64,000 bases of DNA from an uncultured Lachnospiraceae bacterium (GCA_910586015.1 CAJUGJ010000013.1:24578-88577), one strand, 5' to 3'; numbered from the stretch's first letter, positions 27,832-38,504 are shown. The notes: generated by a model not told the origin, from the sequence alone. Program-made: numbers and translations.

Positions 27832-27969
27832 TCAGCAACAAAACAGATGATAACCAAGAAATAGGCAGATTAAGATAAGACATACAGCAAGGATACCATT
27901 AGTAAGAAAAAACATGATGATCATGCCTACAGCAATCCAAAATAAAATAAAACCTAACATTCGTTTCAT
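27832..27969 (-). CDS. Unlisted 45-aa hydrophobic small protein (two predicted TM helices, C-terminal CC)
   Basis: Minus-strand ATG at 27969 preceded by SD GGGAGGGAC. Translation: MKRMLGFILFWIAVGMIIMFFLTNGILAVCLILICLFLGYHLFCC*. Below the ORF-track size cutoff. Confidence 0.45.
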   Translation of the reverse strand: MKRMLGFILFWIAVGMIIMFFLTNGILAVCLILICLFLGYHLFCC

Positions 27970-28130
27970 AAAAAAGTCCCTCCCAATCCACTTATTCTTA
28001 TTATATTCACTTTTTAAATGCTTGGTGCATGATTAATTTTTTAAATATGAGAAAAAGTATTTCTTTTTTCTATAAAACAGGTTATAATATAATTATGGTA
28101 GAAGTAAGAAAATAGATTGGAGGGCATACA

Positions 28131-28487
28131 ATGAATGGAACAATGTTTACCCATTTGGGTGAAATAGAAGTAGATAGTGCAGTACTAAAAAAGTATGCAG
28201 GTTCTTCGGCTGTGGAATGTTTCGGTGTTGTCGGAATGGCTTCTGTCAGTGTAAAAGATGGACTTGCCAAACTTCTACGCAGAGAAAGTTTAAGTCATGG
28301 AGTCAATGTGATAATAAGGGATAATAAGCTTACTATAGATCTTCATATTATTGTTTCTTACGGTGTCAGCATTTCTGCGGTTGCCCAAAACCTTATAGAG
28401 AATGTAAAATACAAAATAGAAGAATTTGCTGGCATGGAAGTCGAGAAAATAAATATTTTTGTTGAAGGCGTAAGAGTCATCGACTAA
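28131..28487 (+). CDS. Asp23/Gls24-family envelope stress protein (YloU-like)
   Basis: Asp23 family pattern (GVVGMAS..., KINIFVEGV) and conserved position upstream of yloV-recG. Confidence 0.85.
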   Translation: MNGTMFTHLGEIEVDSAVLKKYAGSSAVECFGVVGMASVSVKDGLAKLLRRESLSHGVNVIIRDNKLTIDLHIIVSYGVSISAVAQNLIENVKYKIEEFAGMEVEKINIFVEGVRVID

Positions 28488-28507
28488 GGTGTAAGGAGGA
28501 ACGATCA

Positions 28508-30199
28508 GTGGCTTTGAAACAAATAGATGCAAAGCTTTTTCAAAAAATGTTTCTTGGTGGAGCGTTAAGCATCGAGGCAAGGAAAGAAGAGATCAATGAA
28601 CTGAATGTATTTCCAGTACCAGATGGGGATACTGGAACAAATATGACGCTGACAATTATGGCAGCAGCAAAAGAAGTTAGTCAGTTAGAAGAACCAACGA
28701 TGGAAACTTTAGCAAAGGCAATTTCCAGTGGTTCACTACGTGGTGCAAGAGGAAATTCAGGGGTTATTTTATCTCAATTATTCCGTGGATTTACGAAAGA
28801 AGTTAAAAATTGTACTGTAATTGATGTTACTGTTATGGCAACAGCTTTAGGTAAGGCAGTAGAAACAGCATATAAAGCAGTTATGAAACCAAAGGAGGGT
28901 ACAATTTTAACAGTAGCAAGAGGAGGTGCAGAAAAAGCCGCTGAACTTGCAATGGAAACAGACGATCTGGAATATTTTTGTGCTGAGATCTTAAAGCATA
29001 TGGAAGCAGTCTTAGAAAAAACGCCAGATCTTTTGCCAGTATTAAAAGAAGCAGGAGTAGTAGATTCGGGTGGACAAGGACTTTTAGTAGTATTACAAGG
29101 TGCTTATGATGTTATGCTTGGCAAACAAGTACAGTTTGAAGAAGGAATTAGTCCAATAAAAAAGAAAGCTTCTACTACAGTTTCTACAGAACAAATTGAA
29201 ACTTCAGAAATTAAATTTGGTTATTGTACAGAATTTATCATTATGTTAGAAAAACAGTATGATGCTGAAACAGAAAGAGAATTTAAGTCCTATTTAGAGT
29301 CACTGGGAGATTCTATTGTTGTAGTTTCAGATGAAGATATCGTCAAGGTTCACGTACATACCAATGATCCTGGACTGGCTATTCAGAGAGCATTGACGTA
29401 TGGTTCGTTGACCAAGATGAAGATCGACAATATGAGAGAAGAACATCATGAAAAAGTAATCAAAGAGGCAGAACGACAGGCAGCAAGAAAAAAGGAAGAT
29501 GTACCACAAAGAAAAGAAGAAAAGATTGAAGTACCAAGAAAACCAGTAGGATTTGTAGCAGTTTCTATTGGAGAGGGCATGAATGAGATTTTTAAAGGAC
29601 TGGGCGTAGATTATTTAATTGAAGGCGGTCAGACTATGAATCCAAGTACAGAAGATATGCTCACAGCAATCGAACAGGTCAATGCGGATACCATTTTTAT
29701 TTTCCCTAACAATAGTAATATAATTTTGGCAGCAGAACAGGCAAAGAAGCTGACAAAAGATAAACAGATTATAGTTATTCCATCTAGGACTGTACCACAG
29801 GGAATTACAGCATTAATTAATTATGTATTTGATAAGCCAGCACAAGAAAATGAAAAACATATGACAGAAGAGATGAAGCATGTCAAAACTGGACAAGTAA
29901 CGTATGCCGTACGTGATACTAACATCGACGGAAAAGAAATTAAGCAAGGGGATATCATGGGGCTAAATGATAAGACAATTCTTGTAGTTGGAGAAAAGCC
30001 TAAAGATACAGCATATGATTTGCTCTGTCAGATGATAGAACAGGAAGATGAGTTAGTTAGTATTTATTATGGAAAAGAAACAGAAGAAGAGGAAGCTTCA
30101 CAACTGGCAGATAAAATTTCCAAAGAGTATCCTCATGTGGATGTTGAAATCCATATGGGTGGACAGCCGATTTATTACTATATTATATCTGTAGAATAG
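28508..30199 (+). CDS. yloV: DAK2 domain-containing protein YloV
   Basis: NVFPVPDGDTGTNM and GARGNSGVILSQ motifs. GTG start after SD AAGGAGG. Confidence 0.9.
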   Translation: MALKQIDAKLFQKMFLGGALSIEARKEEINELNVFPVPDGDTGTNMTLTIMAAAKEVSQLEEPTMETLAKAISSGSLRGARGNSGVILSQLFRGFTKEVKNCTVIDVTVMATALGKAVETAYKAVMKPKEGTILTVARGGAEKAAELAMETDDLEYFCAEILKHMEAVLEKTPDLLPVLKEAGVVDSGGQGLLVVLQGAYDVMLGKQVQFEEGISPIKKKASTTVSTEQIETSEIKFGYCTEFIIMLEKQYDAETEREFKSYLESLGDSIVVVSDEDIVKVHVHTNDPGLAIQRALTYGSLTKMKIDNMREEHHEKVIKEAERQAARKKEDVPQRKEEKIEVPRKPVGFVAVSIGEGMNEIFKGLGVDYLIEGGQTMNPSTEDMLTAIEQVNADTIFIFPNNSNIILAAEQAKKLTKDKQIIVIPSRTVPQGITALINYVFDKPAQENEKHMTEEMKHVKTGQVTYAVRDTNIDGKEIKQGDIMGLNDKTILVVGEKPKDTAYDLLCQMIEQEDELVSIYYGKETEEEEASQLADKISKEYPHVDVEIHMGGQPIYYYIISVE

Positions 30200-30281
30200 A
30201 AGAAATAAGGGAAAATATGCTTTGGTTTCCATTATATATGGAGATCAGAGCGTATTTTTTTATGTTGGAAAGGAGGATTTT

Positions 30282-32315
30282 ATGGAACTTTCAGATCCTA
30301 TAACTCGGATTAAAGGAATTGGAGAAAAGAAGGCAAAAGATTTTGAAAAAATTGAAATTTATACGATTTTAGAATTATTAGAACATTATCCAGAACGCTA
30401 TGAAAATTATGAAGAAGCTAAGTCAATTTCTGATTTGACAGAGGGAGAATTGGTTGCTATTCATGGATGGATTGTGAGTGTAACAGAAGTAAAAAAGGTA
30501 AAAAATCTCCAGATAATTTCCTGCAAAGTACAAGATTCTTCAGGCTCTATTTGGCTGTCATGGTTTAATCAGCCCTATTTAAAAAATATACTTCGCAAAG
30601 GATATCGTTTTATTTTTCGTGGAAAAGTGGTTAATAAAAATACATCTCTTATTATGCAGCAACCAAAAATTTATAAAGAGGAAGAGTATGAAGCACTACT
30701 GTATATTTTACAACCAATCTATACATTAACAGATGGACTGACAAATCATGCGATCTCAAAGGCAGTAAAACAAGTATTAGATGTAGTAGATCTCTTTGAT
30801 TTCTTACCAAAACGAGTTCAAACGGAATATTCTTTAATTGCAAGAAAAGATGCAGTATCCGAAATTCATTTCCCAAAAAGTTTAAAAACAGCACTAGAGG
30901 CAAGAAGACGTCTTGTATTCGATGAATTTTTTCTATTTAGTTTAGCATTACGACAATTAAAAGAAACGAAATTAGTTCAAAAAAATAATTTTGTGATGCA
31001 GCGACAACCCGATATTGATCGATTGATAGAATCACTACCATATGAATTGACGAATGCACAAAAAAAGGTATGGGAAGAAATTTATTCAGATATGACCAAA
31101 GAGGGTATGATGAATCGTTTAGTTCAGGGGGATGTAGGTTCTGGAAAGACTATTTTAGCAATTTTAGCTCTTTTTTTAACTGCTCTAAATGGATGTCAGG
31201 GATGTCTTATGGTGCCTACAGAAGTTTTGGCAAAGCAACATTATGAAGAAATTTATAGGTTATTATCTTCCTATGGAATTGAATGTTGTCTTTTAACTGG
31301 TTCAACAACAGCAGCAGTAAAACGCAGATTATATCAGCAAATAGAAGACCATGAGGTGGATATTATTATTGGAACACATGCTTTAATTCAAGAAAAAGCA
31401 ATTTATGATAGACTTGCTTTAGTTATAACAGACGAACAGCATCGATTCGGAGTAAGACAAAGAGAACGATTAGAGAGAAAAGGAAATCATCCTCATGTAT
31501 TAGTTATGAGTGCAACTCCAATTCCACGTACCCTTGCGATTATTTTATATGGAGATTTGGATATCTCTATATTAAATGAATTACCAGCAAATCGACTTCC
31601 AATTAAAAATTGTGTCGTGGATACCAAATATCGTCAAACAGCATATCAGTTTATAGAACAACAAGTAAAACAAGGACATCAAGCATATGTAATCTGCCCC
31701 ATGGTAGAAGAAAGTGAAATTATGGAAGCAGAAAATGTAATTGCATATACACAACAATTAAAGGAAATATTAAGCGAACAGATCCGAGTAGAATATTTAC
31801 ACGGAAAAATGAAAGCCAGAGAAAAAGAATCTATTATGGAACGCTTTGCAGGTGGATTGATTCAAGTCTTAGTTTCTACAACAGTAGTAGAAGTTGGAAT
31901 TAATGTGCCAAATGCTACCGTGATGATGATAGAAAACGCAGAACGATTTGGACTTGCACAGTTACATCAGCTTCGAGGTCGTGTTGGAAGAGGAAAATAT
32001 CAGTCATATTGTATTTTAGTAAGCAGTTCTACAAAGGAAGAGACGTTAGAACGCCTTGAAATTTTAAATAAATCCAATGACGGTTTTTATATTGCAGAAG
32101 AAGATTTAAAATTGCGTGGACCAGGAGATGTATTCGGAATTCGCCAAAGCGGAGAAATAGTATTTAAATTAGGAGATATTTATCAAGATGCAAAAACATT
32201 AAAAGAGGCAAATCAAGCAGCAGATACTCTAACAGACGAAGAATATCAATCCGTATTAGAAAATTATCCAGCATTACAGGATCGAATGATACAGTTAGGA
32301 TCGGGAAAACTTTAA
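30282..32315 (+). CDS. recG: ATP-dependent DNA helicase RecG
   Basis: Wedge domain plus the GDVGSGKT, DEQHRFG and QLHQLRGRVGRG motifs. ATG 30282 follows SD AAGGAGG (the ORF opens at 30222). Confidence 0.95.
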   Translation: MELSDPITRIKGIGEKKAKDFEKIEIYTILELLEHYPERYENYEEAKSISDLTEGELVAIHGWIVSVTEVKKVKNLQIISCKVQDSSGSIWLSWFNQPYLKNILRKGYRFIFRGKVVNKNTSLIMQQPKIYKEEEYEALLYILQPIYTLTDGLTNHAISKAVKQVLDVVDLFDFLPKRVQTEYSLIARKDAVSEIHFPKSLKTALEARRRLVFDEFFLFSLALRQLKETKLVQKNNFVMQRQPDIDRLIESLPYELTNAQKKVWEEIYSDMTKEGMMNRLVQGDVGSGKTILAILALFLTALNGCQGCLMVPTEVLAKQHYEEIYRLLSSYGIECCLLTGSTTAAVKRRLYQQIEDHEVDIIIGTHALIQEKAIYDRLALVITDEQHRFGVRQRERLERKGNHPHVLVMSATPIPRTLAIILYGDLDISILNELPANRLPIKNCVVDTKYRQTAYQFIEQQVKQGHQAYVICPMVEESEIMEAENVIAYTQQLKEILSEQIRVEYLHGKMKAREKESIMERFAGGLIQVLVSTTVVEVGINVPNATVMMIENAERFGLAQLHQLRGRVGRGKYQSYCILVSSSTKEETLERLEILNKSNDGFYIAEEDLKLRGPGDVFGIRQSGEIVFKLGDIYQDAKTLKEANQAADTLTDEEYQSVLENYPALQDRMIQLGSGKL

Positions 32316-32459
32316 TATTTGGATTGAAACAACAATTTTACTTTCCTTTTTCAAAAAAGTGTAGTATAATCTATTACCATAAAGTTTACATCCAAAAATT
32401 GTTCCCGTGGATTAAGTGAAAGATTTTTTGTTTGATTTCAAATAATGGGGGAAGAAGTA

Positions 32460-34535
32460 ATGCAGACTGATACAAATCATACCTTGTATTTGGTTGCGAA
32501 TGAAAATTATCGTATGCTCACATGGTATTGCGAACTATTAGAAAAGGAAAATTATTGGGAACAGCCGCAAAAAATATTGGGCTATTCTATTTATGAATTT
32601 TTGGAGCTATATACTAATGCACTACTTATCAGGTTAGCAGATACTTTAGAAAAGACAGATCAAGAGCATAGAAAATTTATTCTCACAATTATGAAACAAA
32701 ATCTGCTAAATCTATCAGCAAAAGAAGAAATTTCTCACAAGACAAAAGAAGAGGCAGAACGAATTTTGAAGGCACCTCCTATTTTATTGCAGTTATGCGG
32801 GCTTAGAGATTTTGAAAAAGCAACGGGAATTACAGGGCTCTTTTTTGATGCGTTATTAAATTTGATGCTGACATTTGGAAATTTAAATGGAGAAAAAAAT
32901 GCAGGAGTATCTGCATTTTTAAAAGAGTTTTATGAAAAGATAAAAGTTTTTTTGTATTATGGAAGTAAGGGAGAGAATCTTTTAGATGAAACCTATCTGT
33001 TTTACAAATTATGTAGTGGAGATTTCATAAAACATACACAAGGGCTTTCTCTAGCAGGAGAAAGTTTTGATATATATTTAGAAGAAACACTACAATTTAA
33101 ATGCCGAAAAAATTTAGAACCCGATCATAATACTGATCTAAATGAACAAAATTTAGAAGAAGAAATAGAATTAGAACAGCCACAACAGCAGATTTTGCAA
33201 GAAGTAGACATACAAGTAGAGCAGATAGAAGAACAAATTTTACAGGAATCAGAAGTAGAACCAATAGAACAAAAAGACGTAGAAGAAATAATAGAGCCAC
33301 AACAAAAAGAACAAATACAACAGATCTTACAAGAAACAGAATCAGAACAGCCACAACAAATTTTACAACAAGAAATTTTGGAAGAACAGAATTTATTCAC
33401 AGAACAAGAAGAATTTGTTTTAGATTCGGAAATAGATTCTTCTTGTTCTATGCCAAAATCATGGGCAGATCTAAGAACATGGGCGGATGAAAAAGCGGAT
33501 ATCATAGAACAAGAACCAGTTTACGAACAAGAGGAAACACATATTGTAGTTCGTTCTCCAAAAAAAGAGGAAGAACAGGCAACGTTAGAACAACTTTTAG
33601 AGAAATTAAATCATTTAGTTGGTTTAAAAGAGGTAAAGAAAGAGATTCGCTCATTAGTTAATTTAATTCAAATTCGTAAGCTTCGTAAGCAATATAATCT
33701 TCCAGAAATGGAGATGTCCTATCATATGGTATTTACAGGAAATCCGGGAACTGGAAAGACAACAGTAGCACGTTTAGTTGCAGAGATCTATAAAGAACTT
33801 GGATTACTCAGTAAAGGAACATTAGTAGAAACAGATCGTTCTGGTTTAGTTGCAGGTTATATCGGTCAAACTGCTTTAAAAGTCAAAGAAGTGATAGAAA
33901 GTGCAATGGGAGGTGTCTTATTTATTGATGAAGCCTATTCTCTTTCAAGTAATTTAGGAGTAAATGATTTTGGTGGAGAAGCAATAGATACATTAGTAAA
34001 GTTGATGGAAGATAAAAGAGATGATCTTGTTGTTATTGCCGCAGGATATACAGAAGAGATGAAGGGATTTTTAAAAGCGAATACAGGACTTGTTTCAAGA
34101 TTTAATAAATTTATTGAGTTTCAAGATTATACAAATCAAGAATTAATTGAAATTTTAAATGCTATGGCAGAAGAAGCAGGATTTCATTTAGAAGAAGAAA
34201 CAGTAGCTATTATTCAAAATTATTTAGAAACAAGAAGTTTAGAAGAGGTTGTAAGTTTTGGAAATGCCCGTGGAATCCGAAATATATTTGAAAAACTCGT
34301 GGTCAATCAAGCAAATCGAATTGTTGAATATGAAAAATTGACTTTAGATCAGCTTTCATCTATTACAGCAGAGGATGCTGCCTCTTGGAAAAGAGAAAGT
34401 AAAAAGCCTAGAAAAAAAACATCAACAAAGCCAAAAGTAGAGCGATCAAGAACATCTACAAAGGAAAAGGTAGTAGAAAAACCTAACAAGTGTCTGAAAA
34501 AACGGGCAGAAATTCATAAATTACAGGATGCTTAA
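32460..34535 (+). CDS. AAA+ ATPase of the SpoVK/CbbX/EccA-like clade with unknown N-terminal domain and a Q/E-rich repetitive linker
   Basis: C-terminal half contains FTGNPGTGKTTVAR, LFIDEAYSL and VIAAGY. The linker at nt ~33140-33415 encodes repeated (Q)QILQE motifs. Confidence 0.8.
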   Translation: MQTDTNHTLYLVANENYRMLTWYCELLEKENYWEQPQKILGYSIYEFLELYTNALLIRLADTLEKTDQEHRKFILTIMKQNLLNLSAKEEISHKTKEEAERILKAPPILLQLCGLRDFEKATGITGLFFDALLNLMLTFGNLNGEKNAGVSAFLKEFYEKIKVFLYYGSKGENLLDETYLFYKLCSGDFIKHTQGLSLAGESFDIYLEETLQFKCRKNLEPDHNTDLNEQNLEEEIELEQPQQQILQEVDIQVEQIEEQILQESEVEPIEQKDVEEIIEPQQKEQIQQILQETESEQPQQILQQEILEEQNLFTEQEEFVLDSEIDSSCSMPKSWADLRTWADEKADIIEQEPVYEQEETHIVVRSPKKEEEQATLEQLLEKLNHLVGLKEVKKEIRSLVNLIQIRKLRKQYNLPEMEMSYHMVFTGNPGTGKTTVARLVAEIYKELGLLSKGTLVETDRSGLVAGYIGQTALKVKEVIESAMGGVLFIDEAYSLSSNLGVNDFGGEAIDTLVKLMEDKRDDLVVIAAGYTEEMKGFLKANTGLVSRFNKFIEFQDYTNQELIEILNAMAEEAGFHLEEETVAIIQNYLETRSLEEVVSFGNARGIRNIFEKLVVNQANRIVEYEKLTLDQLSSITAEDAASWKRESKKPRKKTSTKPKVERSRTSTKEKVVEKPNKCLKKRAEIHKLQDA

Positions 34536-34551
34536 ATTACAGGAGAATTTT

Positions 34552-36630
34552 ATGTTTGGAGTTGTTTTTCTTTTACTTTGTTTTATAACAGGATATTTTA
34601 TTTGTAAAATTGTATTTCCAAGTTTGAATGAAGTTACAAAAAAGACGTTTCGTGGAGAAACAATTTTACTTCCAAAATGGTTTATTCAAGTTCCTGCTTG
34701 GTTTTTAACAGGAACTCTTATTATGACTTGGCTTACATATCTTGTAGGGTATTGTTTCAAAAGTCAAAGAGAGCCTCTTTTTTTTGCAAATTGGATTGTT
34801 ATGCCAACAATTCTTTTATTTTGTGTAATCAATATAATAATAGACTGGAAAAAAGGGCAAAAACCAAAAAAATTTTCTTGGAAAGAAAATTTCCCTCAAA
34901 CATTTGGAGAATGGATATTTGTTTTTTTAATTGTTTTACTTATTACTCAATTAATATTTTGGACATTTTATATCAAAGAGGAAAAGTTAGGAGTAGGACT
35001 TTCCGTATTCAGTGATTTTTCTCCACACTTAGGAATGATTCGATCTTTTTCTTATGGAAATAATTTTCCAACACAATATGCACATTTTGCAGGAGAAGAT
35101 ATTCGTTATCATTTTATGTTCCAATTTTTGGTTGGAAATCTGGAATATTTGGGATTACGACTAGATTTTGCTTTTAATTTACCCAGCATTTTTAGTCTAA
35201 TAGGAACATTTTTGCTTCTCTATGTTTTAGCAGTAAAGCTTACTGGGACAAGAATGGTAGGATATTTAACTGCTCTCTTTTTTGCTTTCCGCAGCTCGCC
35301 TACTTTCTTTGTCTTTTTAATAAATCAGATTCGAGAAAAGGGAAGTCTGTTTGAAGCAGTTGCAACACTTAAAAATAATATAGAATTTATTGGTATTACT
35401 CCTTATGAATCATGGGGACTTTGGAATCTAAATGTTTATTGTAATCAAAGACATTTAGCATTTAGTTTAATGGCATTACTTTTAGCTCTTTTACTGTTCT
35501 TACCTCTTTTATATGAGCAGACAAAACGATTAAAAACCATAATATCGTCCAATAAAAATCAAGCATCTTCATGGAAAATAAAATTAAAATTTTGGTTTCA
35601 AACTTCTTTTTTAACAACACAAAGTTGGAAAATAAAAGATTTTAAATTAGCTATAGGTGCTGGAATATTGCTTGGGTCAATAGCATTTTTCAATGGGGCA
35701 GTATTAATTGCGACACTTTCCATTTTATTTGTGATTGCAGCATTTTCTGATCGAAGATTAGAGTTTCTTTGTATGGCAGTGATTGCGACAGGATTTTCTT
35801 TTTTACAGTCTGCTTTTTTTGTCGATGGAAATATAATTTCTCCTTCTTTTTATTTTGGTTTTTTAGCAGAAAAAAAGACAATAGAGGGAGTACTTTCTTA
35901 CATTTTCCGTCTAACAGGTATTTTACCATTTGTATTATTGATTAGTTTTTTTATTTTTTGTAAGGGAACAGAACGAGTAATCTTTGTTGCTTTTACAGCT
36001 CCATTTATCATGTCATTTACACTGTCACTTACTATAGATGTTATGGTAAATCATAAAAGTATCATGCTTTCTTTAATGCTTGTTCAAATTTTTGCTGCAG
36101 GACAAATTGCAACTTATTTGAAGAAAAAATTAGTGATTTTTAGGATAATAGCTGTAGTTTTTATCTTTTGTATGACAGCAACAGGTCTTTATGACTATCA
36201 TACTATACTTGTAAGAAATTCTCCAAAAAATAATTTGGAGTATGATTTAAACGATGAGCTATTATGTTGGATTCATGAGAATACTACTTCTAAGGATGTC
36301 TTTTTGACAGCAAATTATTACTTAAATAATATGCTACTTGGAGGAGCAATGCTCTATAACGGATGGCCATATTATGCTTGGTCTGCGGGATATGATACAA
36401 ACTATCGAAGTATGATGGTCCAAAAAATGTATAGTGCTTCTTCAAAGCAGGAACTATACCAATGGGTAGAACAAGAAAATATCCGTTATATTGTTGTAGA
36501 TTATGCCAATCGAACCTCTGAAGATTATGATTTAAGAGAAGATGTGATTGATATGGCATTTGAAAAAGTATATCAATCAGGAAGTGATGAATGGATGGTT
36601 TCGATCTATGATACAAAAAAAAGAAAATAA
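34552..36630 (+). CDS. Large polytopic membrane protein (~692 aa, >=12 TM) with C-terminal soluble domain; GT-C-like glycosyltransferase candidate
   Basis: Hydrophobicity pattern and placement directly upstream of glf/GT2. ATG 34552 follows CAGGAG. No family was recognised with certainty. Confidence 0.5.
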   Translation: MFGVVFLLLCFITGYFICKIVFPSLNEVTKKTFRGETILLPKWFIQVPAWFLTGTLIMTWLTYLVGYCFKSQREPLFFANWIVMPTILLFCVINIIIDWKKGQKPKKFSWKENFPQTFGEWIFVFLIVLLITQLIFWTFYIKEEKLGVGLSVFSDFSPHLGMIRSFSYGNNFPTQYAHFAGEDIRYHFMFQFLVGNLEYLGLRLDFAFNLPSIFSLIGTFLLLYVLAVKLTGTRMVGYLTALFFAFRSSPTFFVFLINQIREKGSLFEAVATLKNNIEFIGITPYESWGLWNLNVYCNQRHLAFSLMALLLALLLFLPLLYEQTKRLKTIISSNKNQASSWKIKLKFWFQTSFLTTQSWKIKDFKLAIGAGILLGSIAFFNGAVLIATLSILFVIAAFSDRRLEFLCMAVIATGFSFLQSAFFVDGNIISPSFYFGFLAEKKTIEGVLSYIFRLTGILPFVLLISFFIFCKGTERVIFVAFTAPFIMSFTLSLTIDVMVNHKSIMLSLMLVQIFAAGQIATYLKKKLVIFRIIAVVFIFCMTATGLYDYHTILVRNSPKNNLEYDLNDELLCWIHENTTSKDVFLTANYYLNNMLLGGAMLYNGWPYYAWSAGYDTNYRSMMVQKMYSASSKQELYQWVEQENIRYIVVDYANRTSEDYDLREDVIDMAFEKVYQSGSDEWMVSIYDTKKRK

Positions 36631-36684
36631 AAAAATAACTATGCACAAACTATACAGCACAAAAGTGCAGAAATGAGGTTAAAA

Positions 36685-37791
36685 ATGTATTATAAATATG
36701 TAATTGTTGGAGCAGGTCTTGCAGGTCTTACAATAGCAGAACGTATCGCAAATCTTTTAAATGAACAAGTTTTGTTAATTGAAAAAAGGGGACATATTGG
36801 CGGAAATATTTATGATTTTTATAATGAAGATGGAATTTTAATTCATAAATATGGACCACATATTTTTCATACCAATGATCAAGAGGTATATGAATATCTA
36901 AGTACTTTTACAAAGTGGAATGATTTTTGGCATCGGGTGTTGAGTTATGTAGATGGAAATTTGATACCAATGCCAATTACAGTAGAAACGATCAATAAAC
37001 TTTATCATTTGAATTTATCCTGTGAACAAGTGAAAGACTTTTTAGAATCAAAGGCAGTTTCGATACCAGAAATTCAAACAAGTAAGGATGTGGCATTAAG
37101 CAAGGTTGGAGAAGAAATCTATCAAAAGTTTTTTGAAAACTATACAAAAAAGCAATGGGGAATCGATCCAGCCAATATAGATACTTCTGTTATTTCTAGA
37201 ATCCCTGTTAGGTACAATCGAGATACTAGATATTTTGCAGATAAATATCAGGGAATGCCAAAGTATGGCTATACTAAAATGTGTGAAGCAATGGCATCTC
37301 ATCCAAATATTCGAATTTTATTACAGACAAATTATAAAGAGATACTTTCTGATATTTCTTATGATACTTTGATTTTTACTGGACCAGCAGACGAATTTTA
37401 TCAGTATAAGTTTGGACATTTGGCATACCGCAGTCTTAGGTTGGAGTTTGAAACATTTGATAAAGAAAGTTATCAACCAGCTCCAGTTGTGAACTATCCA
37501 AATGACTATGATTTTACAAGAATTACAGAGTATAAAAAGTTGACTGGACAAGAACATAAAAAAACAACGATAGGAAAAGAATTTCCTTGTGCAGAGGGAG
37601 AACCATATTATCCATTTCCTACTAAAGAGTGTAGACAACAATTTGCTCTTTATCAAAAGGAAATGGAAAAAGAAACAAATGTATTTTTCCTTGGAAGGCT
37701 TGCAGAATATCGGTATTATAATATGGATGCAGTAGTACGCAGTGCATTAGATCTATTTGAAACGAAAATAAAGAAAGGAACAAACAGATAA
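36685..37791 (+). CDS. glf: UDP-galactopyranose mutase
   Basis: YVIVGAGLAGL FAD fold, HKYGPHIFHT and RLAEYRYYNMD motifs typical of Glf. Confidence 0.9.
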   Translation: MYYKYVIVGAGLAGLTIAERIANLLNEQVLLIEKRGHIGGNIYDFYNEDGILIHKYGPHIFHTNDQEVYEYLSTFTKWNDFWHRVLSYVDGNLIPMPITVETINKLYHLNLSCEQVKDFLESKAVSIPEIQTSKDVALSKVGEEIYQKFFENYTKKQWGIDPANIDTSVISRIPVRYNRDTRYFADKYQGMPKYGYTKMCEAMASHPNIRILLQTNYKEILSDISYDTLIFTGPADEFYQYKFGHLAYRSLRLEFETFDKESYQPAPVVNYPNDYDFTRITEYKKLTGQEHKKTTIGKEFPCAEGEPYYPFPTKECRQQFALYQKEMEKETNVFFLGRLAEYRYYNMDAVVRSALDLFETKIKKGTNR

Positions 37792-37793
37792 AA

Positions 37794-38504
37794 ATGGAAA
37801 AGTTATATATAGTTATACCAGCATACAATGAGGAGGAAACAATACAACAAGTAATCAAAGAGTGGTATCCTATTGTAGAAAAAGTAGGAGGGGAAAGCAG
37901 ATTAGTAATTATTGACGATGGTAGTAAAGATAGAACTTATCAGATTATAAAAAAGGCAGCAGAACAGTATCCACAGTTAATTCCTTTAACAAAACCAAAT
38001 AAAGGACATGGTGCAACGGTTCTCTATGGATATCAATACGCATTAAAAGAAGGAGCAGATTATATTTTTCAAACCGATTCAGATGGACAAACTTTGCCAA
38101 AAGAGTTTGGAGCATTTTGGAAACGAAGAAAAAAATATGCAATGGTTATTGGACATAGAAAAAATCGTCAAGATGGATTTTCAAGAATAGTTGTAACAAA
38201 GACATTAAAGTTAGTATTGTGGCTGTGTTTTCATGTTACTGTGACAGATGCCAATACTCCGTTTCGTCTTATGAAAGCAGATATTTTACGAGAGAATATT
38301 AAATTTGTACCAAAAGATTTCAATTTATCCAATGTAGTAATTTCGGTAATTTATGCAAAGAAAAAACTTCCCGTTAAATATTTGCCAATTACATTCCGTC
38401 CAAGACAAGGAGGCGTTAATTCAATTAATATGAAAAAAATTATAGGAATTGGAAAACAGGCAGTAAAGGATTTTAAACAATTAAATAAATGCCTGAAGTT
38501 TTAG
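37794..38504 (+). CDS. Family 2 glycosyltransferase (short, soluble, DPM1/GtrB-like catalytic domain)
   Basis: IVIPAYNEEETI, IIDDGSKDRT and QTDSDGQ (DxD-like) motifs. No TM segments. Confidence 0.85.
   Translation: MEKLYIVIPAYNEEETIQQVIKEWYPIVEKVGGESRLVIIDDGSKDRTYQIIKKAAEQYPQLIPLTKPNKGHGATVLYGYQYALKEGADYIFQTDSDGQTLPKEFGAFWKRRKKYAMVIGHRKNRQDGFSRIVVTKTLKLVLWLCFHVTVTDANTPFRLMKADILRENIKFVPKDFNLSNVVISVIYAKKKLPVKYLPITFRPRQGGVNSINMKKIIGIGKQAVKDFKQLNKCLKF

Noticed and set aside
33097-33505. Cys/Ser-rich (126 aa) and Leu/Val-rich (85 aa) minus-strand ORFs that could be mistaken for a secreted or lantipeptide-like product.
   Set aside because: They are the antisense reading of the Q/E-rich CAG/GAA repeat linker of the AAA+ gene. 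The low-complexity mirror has no start context.
36643-36687. Possible third, partial copy of the interleaved-repeat element upstream of glf (CACAAACT...AAAGTGCAGAAATGAGGTTAAAAATG versus CACAAACTTG...AAGTCGCACAGAAATGAGGAAAGAAATG).
   Set aside because: Only the A'-like octamer and the SD-proximal AGAAATGAGG are shared. The A and B arms are absent and B' is degenerate. ATGAGG-type SDs recur elsewhere (for example at 21610-21621), so the match may be chance. Worth including in a genome-wide search, but not supportable as a copy.
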